Part shown: positions 56,379 to 64,000 of the stretch, one piece after another
How positions within the stretch are numbered: position 1 is the first letter of the stretch
Layout: each line of letters begins with the position of its first letter
DNA from: Longimicrobiales bacterium
GTDB taxonomy: Bacteria; Gemmatimonadota; Gemmatimonadetes; Longimicrobiales; Gaopeijiaceae
NCBI GenBank assembly: GCA_965238005.1
Contig: OZ250165.1
Location: forward strand, 4,672,001 to 4,736,000
Direction: 5' to 3'
Length of the DNA stretch: 64,000 bases
Position numbers and translations under genes: made by a program
Notes under the pieces: generated by a model
Seen by the model: only the letters and a program-made list of their open reading frames with translations
The model's database searches: none
Told to the model about the DNA's origin: nothing

Positions 56379-57979
56379 GAGTCTGCGCCGCAGAACCCTG
56401 CGGCGGCTATCTTTGGTGGTAGCGAAGGCATTGGGAAGGCTTGCGGATCACCGAGGGGGGTGAATGGGAACGACATTTCGACCGTACGATCCGGAGCAGA
56501 TGTTGTTGCTGCCTCCGGATCTTCGGGAGTGGGTGTCGGAGGGTCATTTGGCGCACCATGTGAGCGACCTGGTGGACGCGGTGGAGCTGAGCGCGTTCTA
56601 CGGGCGGTACCGGGGGGACGGGCGGCGCAACTCGCCGTACGACCCTCGGATGATGGTCAAGGTGCTGATCTACGCGTATGCGACGGGCACCTTCTCGTCG
56701 CGGAAGATGGCGAGGAAGCTGGAGGAGGATGTCGCGTTTCGGATGCTGGCGGCGGAGAACTTCCCGAAGCACCGGACGCTGTGCGAGTTCCGCAAGCGCC
56801 ATCTCGGGGATTTCCGGGCGGTGTTTGTGGAGGTGGTGATGCTCGCGCGGGCCTTGGGGCTGGCGGGGCTTGGCAGGGTGTCGGTGGACGGGACGAAGGT
56901 TCGGGCGAACGCGAACAAGCGCAAGGCGATGAGCTACGGCCGGATGGTGACCGGGGAGCCTCGGCTGGAGGCGGAGATCCGGGGGCTGTTGGAGAGGGCC
57001 GAGGCGGTGGACGAAGCGGAAGACGAGCGCTACGGCGAGGAAGCATGCGGAGACGAGGTGCCGGAGGAGCTCAAGCGGCGCGAGGACCGGCTGGCGGCGA
57101 TCCGGGAGGCGAAGGCGCGCCTGGAAGCCGAGCAGAGAGCGGCGGACGACGCACGGGGCCGCAAGCCGGGGCAGACGCGCAACCCGAAGGGCGGCAGGCC
57201 CTACAAGCGGGAGTACGGAGAGCCGGACGAGGCGGCGCAGAGCAACTTCACGGACCCTGAGAGCCGGATCATGAAGACGAGTTCGGAGGGGTTCCAGCAG
57301 TGCTACAACGCACAGACGGTCGTGGAGGGGGAGAACCAGCTGGTGGTCGGGGCCGAGGTGACGGACAACGCGAGCGACCAGGGCCAGCTGGTGCCCATGG
57401 TCGACGCGGTGGCGCAAGCGTACGGCGAGACGCCGGCGCAGGTGCTGGCGGACACGGGCTATTGCAACGAGCGGGATCTCGAGGAACTGGAAGAGCGAGA
57501 CATCGACGGGTATGTGGCGCTGGCCCGGGAGGGCAAGGCCGCCCCCACGGTTGACAAGGAGGAATATCCGGCGAAAGTCCGCATGGCGGAGAAGCTGGCG
57601 AGCGAAGATGGCCGCAGACGCTACGCACGGCGAAAGTCGCAGGCCGAGGCGCCCATCGGCTGGATCAAGGAAGTGATGGGCTTTCGACGATTCAGCTTCC
57701 GGGGCCTCGAGAAGGTCCGGGCCGAGTGGACCCTCGTGTGCCTGGCACTCAATGTGAAGCGGCTGCACACCCTTCAGGCGGCATGACTGCACGAGGGTTC
57801 ACCCGCATCTGCCGGCGCGAGGGCTCTCGTAGCTCTCTTGCCCCCCCAACGCATCCATTCCGCTCTCCCGATCCGTCGCAGACACAAGTCCTCAACCTCC
57901 CAATCACCCGGATCCGCCTCGCCGCGGACGGCTCGATGACCATTCGGCTCAGTCAGCTGTGCTTCTGCGGCGCAGACTC
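56379..57979 (+). mobile_element. Complete IS1182-family insertion sequence (1601 bp)
   Basis: Perfect 17-bp TIRs gagtctgcgccgcagaa (56379-56395, 57963-57979) flanked by CTAG (56375-56378, 57980-57983). Confidence 0.92.
56464..57786 (+). CDS. IS1182 family transposase
   Basis: PYDPRMMVKVLIYAY, SSRK, VDGTKVRANA, NFTDPESRIM, QQCYNAQ, LADTGY, FRRFSFRG. Confidence 0.93.
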   Translation: MGTTFRPYDPEQMLLLPPDLREWVSEGHLAHHVSDLVDAVELSAFYGRYRGDGRRNSPYDPRMMVKVLIYAYATGTFSSRKMARKLEEDVAFRMLAAENFPKHRTLCEFRKRHLGDFRAVFVEVVMLARALGLAGLGRVSVDGTKVRANANKRKAMSYGRMVTGEPRLEAEIRGLLERAEAVDEAEDERYGEEACGDEVPEELKRREDRLAAIREAKARLEAEQRAADDARGRKPGQTRNPKGGRPYKREYGEPDEAAQSNFTDPESRIMKTSSEGFQQCYNAQTVVEGENQLVVGAEVTDNASDQGQLVPMVDAVAQAYGETPAQVLADTGYCNERDLEELEERDIDGYVALAREGKAAPTVDKEEYPAKVRMAEKLASEDGRRRYARRKSQAEAPIGWIKEVMGFRRFSFRGLEKVRAEWTLVCLALNVKRLHTLQAA

Positions 57980-57989
57980 CTAGGCTTTG

Positions 57990-59000
57990 TCACTCCCAGC
58001 GAATGAGGAGCTTTCCGAAGTTCGCGTTGGCCTCCATCACCCGATGGGCTTCGGCGGCCTCCTCGGGGGAGAAGATGCGGTCGACGACCGGACTCGCCTG
58101 CCCGCGCAGGAACAGCGGAAGGACGCGCTCCTCGAAGGCCTCGGCCAGGGCCGCCTTCTCCTCGAGGGGCCGGGCTCTCAGGACCGTGCCCCTGAGTGTC
58201 GCTCGACGACTCATCATGGCTCTCAGGTCGATGGTGGCGACGGCCCCTCCAGGTACACCTACGACGACATGGCGACCCCGGGTCGCCATGACCCTCTGAT
58301 TCCCCTCCAGGTAGAGTCCGCCCACGAGATCCAGGATCACGTCCACCCCCCGTCCCTCCGTGACCTCCAGGACGCGGTCGGGCCAGTCTGTGTCACCCGG
58401 GACGGCGTGGTCCAGCCCCAGTGCCGCCGCCCGCTCGAGCTTCGCGGGGGTCCGGGACGTACCCAGAGTGCGGGCGCCGAGGGCCTTGGCGATCTGCAGG
58501 GCCGCGGTTCCCACGCCGCTCCCCACCGCGTGGATGAGGAGGGTCTCCCCCGACCGGAGCCCCATCTGCATCACCGCCGCGTCGAAGGCGGTCATGAACA
58601 CCTCGGGAATCGCCCCCGCCTCTTCGAGGCCGAGGGAGTCGGGCACCGGAACGACGGTGGTGCCATGGGTCTTCACGTATTGGGCATATCCGCCGCCGCC
58701 CAGGATCCCCATGATCCGGTCCCCCACCTGCCAGCGATCCACCTCGGGCCCCAGGGCATCCACGATGCCGGAGAACTCGAGACCGAGAATCTCCTCCGGC
58801 CAGCCCTCAGGGACCGGATAGCGTCCCATTCTCTGCAAAAGGTCTGCGCGATTGACGCCGGACGTAGCGACCCGCACCCGGATCTCTCCGGCCTCCGGGA
58901 CCGGCATCGGCGCGGACTGGAGCGAGAGGACCTCAGGCCCCCCCGATCCATCCATGACCACCGCCTGCATGCTGCCCGTCGCTTCCATGCCCGCTATCAT
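57990..59000 (-). CDS. NAD(P)H-quinone oxidoreductase (PIG3/zeta-crystallin family)
   Basis: GVNRADLLQRMGRYP, PEVFMTA, HAVGSGVGTAA, NFGKLL. Confidence 0.92.
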   Translation of the reverse strand: MIAGMEATGSMQAVVMDGSGGPEVLSLQSAPMPVPEAGEIRVRVATSGVNRADLLQRMGRYPVPEGWPEEILGLEFSGIVDALGPEVDRWQVGDRIMGILGGGGYAQYVKTHGTTVVPVPDSLGLEEAGAIPEVFMTAFDAAVMQMGLRSGETLLIHAVGSGVGTAALQIAKALGARTLGTSRTPAKLERAAALGLDHAVPGDTDWPDRVLEVTEGRGVDVILDLVGGLYLEGNQRVMATRGRHVVVGVPGGAVATIDLRAMMSRRATLRGTVLRARPLEEKAALAEAFEERVLPLFLRGQASPVVDRIFSPEEAAEAHRVMEANANFGKLLIRWE

Positions 59001-59032
59001 AGGCTGATGCAGACACTGCGCCAGGCCGCCTG

Positions 59033-59815
59033 ATGCTCCTCCCCGTCGAGCTCGACCGTCCCATCGTCTTCCTGGATCTGGAGACGACGGGACTCAGCAC
59101 CCGGGATGATCGGATCATCGAGATGGCCATCCTCCGCGTCTCCCCTCAGGGGGACGTGTTGGAGCGGGTTCGCCGCTTCAACCCCGGCATACCCATTCAC
59201 CCCGAGGCCACGGCTGTCCACGGGATCACGGACGACGACGTGGCCGACGAGGCGCCGTTCGCCGCTCGAGCCAAGGCCCTGGTGCAACTGCTGGACCCTT
59301 GTGACCTGGCCGGCTTCAACATCCGCCGATTTGACCTTCCCATGCTCCTGGCCGAGTTCAAGCGGGCTGAGGTCGAGTTCGATTATAAGTCGCGCCGGAT
59401 CATCGACATCCAGGGGATCTTTCACCGGGAGGAGCCCCGCGACCTCTCGGCAGCCGCACGATTCTACCTGGGCCGTGAGCATCAGGAAGCCCACAGCGCT
59501 CTGGGCGACATCCGAACCACGGCCGCCGTTCTGGCAGCCCAGATCGAGCGCTACCCCCATCTGCCCCACGACATGGACGCCCTCAATCAGTACTGCGACG
59601 AGTTCTTTCCCATCCGGACCGCCGTCGATCTGTGGTTCGAGGACGGAGACGAGGGACGCCTCTTCCGGAGGGGCAAGTACAGGGGTCGAGCTCTCTCGGA
59701 GGTGGCCCTGATGGAGCGGGACTACCTCGAGTGGATGCTCACCGCCGAAGACATGGACGACGAGGTGCTCGCCATCGTGCGAGAGGCCCTGGCGGGCCAA
59801 GAGCCACCCACCTAA
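59033..59815 (+). CDS. DEDDh 3'-5' exonuclease (DNA polymerase III epsilon-like)
   Basis: FLDLETTG, VHGITD, GFNIRRFD, AHSALGD. Confidence 0.92.
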   Translation: MLLPVELDRPIVFLDLETTGLSTRDDRIIEMAILRVSPQGDVLERVRRFNPGIPIHPEATAVHGITDDDVADEAPFAARAKALVQLLDPCDLAGFNIRRFDLPMLLAEFKRAEVEFDYKSRRIIDIQGIFHREEPRDLSAAARFYLGREHQEAHSALGDIRTTAAVLAAQIERYPHLPHDMDALNQYCDEFFPIRTAVDLWFEDGDEGRLFRRGKYRGRALSEVALMERDYLEWMLTAEDMDDEVLAIVREALAGQEPPT

Positions 59816-59876
59816 TTCTACCGTCCCGCCGGGCATTCGTGGAGTCGGCTCCCGTGGGCGAGAGCCGACACTCGAG

Positions 59877-62870
59877 ATGGTGACACCAGGACTGGAGTCA
59901 GTAATGTTTCGCGCCACCGACAAGACGTCTCTGTCGCCCTTTCTCGCGGCCCTCCTGCTGCTTCCGGCACAGGCGACCGCTCAGAGTGCTCCGATCTCGG
60001 AAGACCAGCTCTCTACCTTCCAACCCAGACTCATCGGGCCTGCGGTGACGGGCGGACGAATTCACGACATTGAAGCTCTCGCCCACGACCCTTCGACCAT
60101 ATTCCTGGCCACTGCCTCCGGCGGGCTATGGAAGACCACCAACCGTGGTCACACCTGGCGAAACGTCTTCGCCGACAAGGAGGTGAGCACCTTCGGTGAC
60201 GTGGCCATCGCGCCGTCCGATCCCGACATCATGTATGCCGGGACGGGGGAGCAGAACAACCGGCAGAGCACGTCCTGGGGGAATGGCGTCTACCGATCCG
60301 ACGACGGAGGAGACACCTGGCGCCACCTCGGACTGGAGGAGACGCGGCACATCGGCAAGGTGCTGGTTCATCCCACGGACCCCGACGTGGTGTACGTGGC
60401 CGCTCTCGGGAATCTCTGGCGAGGCAGCGAGGAGCGCGGGGTCTATCGATCCCGGGACGGGGGCATAAGCTGGGATCGAATCCTGTTCGTGGACGAGTAC
60501 ACGGGCGCCGTGGACCTAGTCATAGACAGCCGGAACCCGGGCACCCTCTACGCCGCCACCTACCAGCGGCTCAGGAGAACCTGGGGGTTCAACGGCGGAG
60601 GGCCGGGGAGTGGGATCTACCGGACCACGGATGGGGGAGACACCTGGCGGGAGCTCACGAACGGCATCCCGGACGGGGACAAAGGCCGGATCGGCCTCGC
60701 CATCTCCGAGTCGAACCCCATGGTGCTGAACGCCCTCGTCGAGCACGCCGACGAGGACGCGCAGGGGACCTATCGCAGCGAGGACGGCGGAGCGACCTGG
60801 CGTCGGGCCAGCTCGATGAACCCCCGGCCCATGTACTACTCCGAGATCTTCATCGACCCCTCCGAGGAGGATCGTGTCTACGTGTTGGGGACCTCGTCGA
60901 ACAAGAGCGAGGATGGTGGCGTGAACTGGACGGAGGTCGCGAAGCGACCCACCTACGACGTGGGAGTCCACGCCGACCACCATGACCTCTGGATCGACCC
61001 CAACGAGCCGAACCACTTCTACCTGGTTGGTGACGCGGGGCTGTGGGAGACGTACGACCAGGGCGTGAATTTCAGGAAGATCAACAACTTCGCCATCGGG
61101 CAGTTCTACGCCATCGGTGTCGACAACCGTGATCCGTATTGGGTGTATGGCGGCATGCAGGACAACCACTCCTGGATGGGCCCCTCCGAGACGCGCCGGT
61201 GGATCGGCATCATCAACGACGACTGGAAGCAGACAGGCTTCGGGGACGGCATGTACCAGCAAGTCGACCCCACCAGTCATCGCTTCGTCTACGCCAACTC
61301 AAACGGGGGTGCTTACTACAGGCTGGACGCTGAGACGGGCGATATGCTCGACATCCGGCCTCGAGCGCCCGAGGGTGAGCCCTCGTACCGATGGGACTGG
61401 GTCTCACCGAGCCTCGTCTCCAGGCACGACCCGTCGGTCGTCTACCTGGGCGGGAATCGGCTGTTCATCGCCCGTGATCGCGGCGAGTCATGGATGCGGA
61501 CCGAGGACCTGACGCGCAACATCGACCGGGACGAGCTCCAGCTCATGGGTGTCTACGGCTCGCACATCCGGAACTCGCGGAACGACGGGACGTCCAGCTT
61601 CGGCGAGATCACCGTCATCGCCGAGTCGCCTCTGGACCCTCAGATCCTTTGGGTTGGCACCGACGACGGGAACCTCCAGGTGTCGCGAGACGGCGGCCGG
61701 GGTTGGAGCGAGGTGAGCCGGAACGTCAGTGGTGTCGCCGATGGCACCTACGTGAGCCGGGTGGTCGCCTCGCGGAAGGGTTCGGGAGTGGCCTATGTAG
61801 CCTTCGATGCACACCGGGACGGGGACTTCGACCCCTACCTCTTCCGCACGGAGGACTACGGGCAGAAGTGGGACCCCGTCATGGAAGGACTGCCGTCTGG
61901 CTCTGTGAACTCCTTGGTGGAGCACCCCGACAACTCGGACGTGCTCTTCGCGGGTTCCGAGCACTCGGTGTTCGTCAGCACGGATGCGGGTGCGAGCTGG
62001 GCCAAGATGCCCAACCTGCCGACCACCCATGTCGATGACATGGTCATCCATGCGAGGGAGAAGGACCTGGTTATCGGGACACACGGCCAGAGCGTCTGGA
62101 TTCTGGACGACACGAGCCCGTTGGCTGAGTGGACGGCCGTGGTGGCCGCCGCTGACGTCCACGTCTTCAGCATCCAGCGAGCCACCATATTCAACTACAG
62201 GAAGGACACGTCGTATCGCGGTCAGGCAGAGTTCGCGGGAGAGAACCCGGTGTCGGGTGCCATCATCACGTACAGCTTGGGGGCCGGTGGCGGTGACGCC
62301 ACCCTCCGTGTGACCAACTCATCCGGTCGCGTGGTCCGGGAGCTCGCCATTCCTTCAGTGCCCGGCATCCACCGGGTGAACTGGGACCTTCGCAACTCCA
62401 CGTCGAGTGACACGGAGATCTGGCGGTCTCACGACGACCCACGGCTGTCTCGTCCCATCGACGACCTGGGACCCTGGGTGTCACCAGGGCGGTTCTCGAT
62501 CACCGTGGAGGCGAGGGGCGTGACGTCCAGCCAGACGCTGGAGGTGAGAGGCGATCCGGAGATGCCCGTCACGCAAGCCATGTACGAGGAGCGGGAGGCG
62601 TTCCTCCTGGACCTCATCGACTTTGCTCGACACATTCAGGAAGCCCGGCCCGGCCTGAGCTGTGAAGAATTCGGGTTCGGTAGGGGTGGCCAGAGACCCG
62701 AAGGTACCGACGGCGAACTTTGCCAGATTCAGCAAGGCGCCGAGCAGCTTTCCCGGGCCCTGACCGGCAATGAGGTGCGTCCGGGCTCACTGTACCCGCC
62801 CACCCCGGAGCACCAAGCGAGAAAGTCCGCGCTGGAGGTCCGACTGGCTCGGACCCTCGACTCCATGTGA
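59877..62870 (+). CDS. Secreted VPS10/BNR-repeat (Asp-box) beta-propeller protein
   Basis: IGPAVTGGRI, many S.DGG.TW Asp-boxes, GGMQDN, GTHG; start may be 59904. Confidence 0.88.
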   Translation: MVTPGLESVMFRATDKTSLSPFLAALLLLPAQATAQSAPISEDQLSTFQPRLIGPAVTGGRIHDIEALAHDPSTIFLATASGGLWKTTNRGHTWRNVFADKEVSTFGDVAIAPSDPDIMYAGTGEQNNRQSTSWGNGVYRSDDGGDTWRHLGLEETRHIGKVLVHPTDPDVVYVAALGNLWRGSEERGVYRSRDGGISWDRILFVDEYTGAVDLVIDSRNPGTLYAATYQRLRRTWGFNGGGPGSGIYRTTDGGDTWRELTNGIPDGDKGRIGLAISESNPMVLNALVEHADEDAQGTYRSEDGGATWRRASSMNPRPMYYSEIFIDPSEEDRVYVLGTSSNKSEDGGVNWTEVAKRPTYDVGVHADHHDLWIDPNEPNHFYLVGDAGLWETYDQGVNFRKINNFAIGQFYAIGVDNRDPYWVYGGMQDNHSWMGPSETRRWIGIINDDWKQTGFGDGMYQQVDPTSHRFVYANSNGGAYYRLDAETGDMLDIRPRAPEGEPSYRWDWVSPSLVSRHDPSVVYLGGNRLFIARDRGESWMRTEDLTRNIDRDELQLMGVYGSHIRNSRNDGTSSFGEITVIAESPLDPQILWVGTDDGNLQVSRDGGRGWSEVSRNVSGVADGTYVSRVVASRKGSGVAYVAFDAHRDGDFDPYLFRTEDYGQKWDPVMEGLPSGSVNSLVEHPDNSDVLFAGSEHSVFVSTDAGASWAKMPNLPTTHVDDMVIHAREKDLVIGTHGQSVWILDDTSPLAEWTAVVAAADVHVFSIQRATIFNYRKDTSYRGQAEFAGENPVSGAIITYSLGAGGGDATLRVTNSSGRVVRELAIPSVPGIHRVNWDLRNSTSSDTEIWRSHDDPRLSRPIDDLGPWVSPGRFSITVEARGVTSSQTLEVRGDPEMPVTQAMYEEREAFLLDLIDFARHIQEARPGLSCEEFGFGRGGQRPEGTDGELCQIQQGAEQLSRALTGNEVRPGSLYPPTPEHQARKSALEVRLARTLDSM

Positions 62871-62931
62871 TCCGGCCGTGGATCGTGAGACCGATCTAAA
62901 GACCGACTGAAACCGCATACAGCCCAAGGCC

Positions 62932-63324
62932 ATGAACAACTTTTTCCTGCAGTTCCACTCCGGAGTCCGCTACCTGATCCTCCTCGCAGGCGTCCTGACC
63001 GTGCTCTACGCCGTCTACGGAGCCGTTTCGGGACGTGCCTACGACAAGGGGATGCGAATCCTCTCCTCCAGCTTCGCCGGGCTGCTGCACCTCCAGATCC
63101 TCCTGGGCCTGGCGCTCATCTTCTCCGGGCGTTTTCAACCGGCCGTGACCGGTCACATCTTCATGATGCTTTTCGCCGCGGCGGCCGGTCAGATTCCGGT
63201 CTCGGTCATGCGCCGGCGGCCGGAGGAGAAGAAGACCTACCTTCCTCACGGTGTCTGGGCCCTGGCGGCCCTTGCCATGATGGTGCTGGGGGTCATGGCG
63301 ATCGGGCGGCCCATCGTGGGATAG
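62932..63324 (+). CDS. Small 4-TM membrane protein
   Basis: HSGVRYL, HLQILLG, HIFMM, four hydrophobic segments. Confidence 0.75.
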   Translation: MNNFFLQFHSGVRYLILLAGVLTVLYAVYGAVSGRAYDKGMRILSSSFAGLLHLQILLGLALIFSGRFQPAVTGHIFMMLFAAAAGQIPVSVMRRRPEEKKTYLPHGVWALAALAMMVLGVMAIGRPIVG

Positions 63325-63548
63325 GCCTGGCCTGGGCACAGACCGGCACCCGTGTGAACGGATCCGCGTTCGGCTCGCAGGGCCGGCGGCGACCCGCCCT
63401 GGATCGCCGGCCTCCGTGCTCGAGGAACCTGTGACGTGGGACCTGAGTGGGCGACAGCAAATGGCCCGTGGCAGGAGTTGACGCTCCTAATAATGCGCAG
63501 AGAGAATAGCACTGTGCCTTCTGAGATGGGCGATCCGAAAAAGCGAAG

Positions 63549-64000
63549 ATGACGTCGACACCAGAGCACTCCCCGGACGCCCCGTCTCCCTCTGTGACAC
63601 AAGGCAGCCCCGATCTGGCCCTGGTCATGGGCGGCGGCGGCGCGCGAGCCGCCTACCAGGTGGGATTCCTCCGGTGCCTGGCCCGACGGTTCCCCAACCT
63701 GCGGGTTCCCATCGTCACCGGCGTTTCCGCGGGAGGGATCAACGCCGCCCTTCTCGCCTCGCACCACGGCTCCTTCCACCAGGCCGTGGAGGAGATGGTC
63801 TCGCTCTGGGAGCGGCTCACGGTCGAAGACGTCTTCCGGGTCGACACGCCGTCACTGGGTTGGACGGGTCTTCGCTGGGCGTTTCAGCTATTGTCCGGGG
63901 GTGTGGGGGGCGCGGGGCGGGTCAAGGGTCTGGTCGACACGTCGCCTTTGCGGAGCTACCTGTCCGAGGTGATGCACGCCGTGAACAGCGAGCTCACCGG
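63549..64000 (+). CDS. Patatin-like phospholipase, N-terminal part (runs off window end)
   Basis: ALVMGGGGARAAYQVG and TGVSAG (GxSxG); absent from the ORF track because no stop lies in the window. Confidence 0.88.
   Translation, partial: MTSTPEHSPDAPSPSVTQGSPDLALVMGGGGARAAYQVGFLRCLARRFPNLRVPIVTGVSAGGINAALLASHHGSFHQAVEEMVSLWERLTVEDVFRVDTPSLGWTGLRWAFQLLSGGVGGAGRVKGLVDTSPLRSYLSEVMHAVNSELT

Noticed and set aside
56407..57792. 461-aa antisense ORF over the transposase, and similar long shadow ORFs (4292-5917, 51553-53073, 53976-55514)
   Set aside because: Typical stop-poor antisense frames of high-GC genes; no recognisable motifs
1..64000. tRNA, rRNA, prophage or integrase genes
   Set aside because: None recognised by eye; tRNAscan and barrnap were not run

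Overview
High-GC bacterial chromosome segment. Gene content (ADOP permease/PadR remnants, VPS10/BNR protein, large NAD-glutamate dehydrogenase, minor-pilin cluster) resembles Gemmatimonadota/Acidobacteriota; this taxonomy is inferred. Left to right: end of a peptide ABC operon; a CoxSLM-like molybdenum hydroxylase operon with NCS1 permease, cyclase and amidase; Gfo/Idh/MocA oxidoreductases and an EgtC-like amidotransferase; a partly broken 3-ketoglycoside (GMC/DUF1080) cluster; an IS91-like remnant; an accessory region full of gene relics and short tandem repeats; type IV minor pilins; gdhB; a YhaO/YhaN-like nuclease-ATPase pair; three glycosyltransferases; a translationally coupled pgeF / 4-Cys small protein / OsmC operon; a MITE; a TonB receptor with a Fur-box-like palindrome; sucA with an intact IS1182 in its stop codon; housekeeping genes. 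Strongest hidden signal: the OsmC gene (48985-49449, minus) has an in-frame TGA at the catalytic Cys position followed by a SECIS-like hairpin, so it is a probable selenoprotein that the ORF track splits in two. Other highlights: pervasive internal-deletion erosion, mini-ORFs that preserve ATGA/GTGA coupling, an orphan tandem-HTH gene behind 3x19-bp repeats, and a dispersed GCGAAGC-loop palindrome. All family calls come from motif recognition, not database searches.
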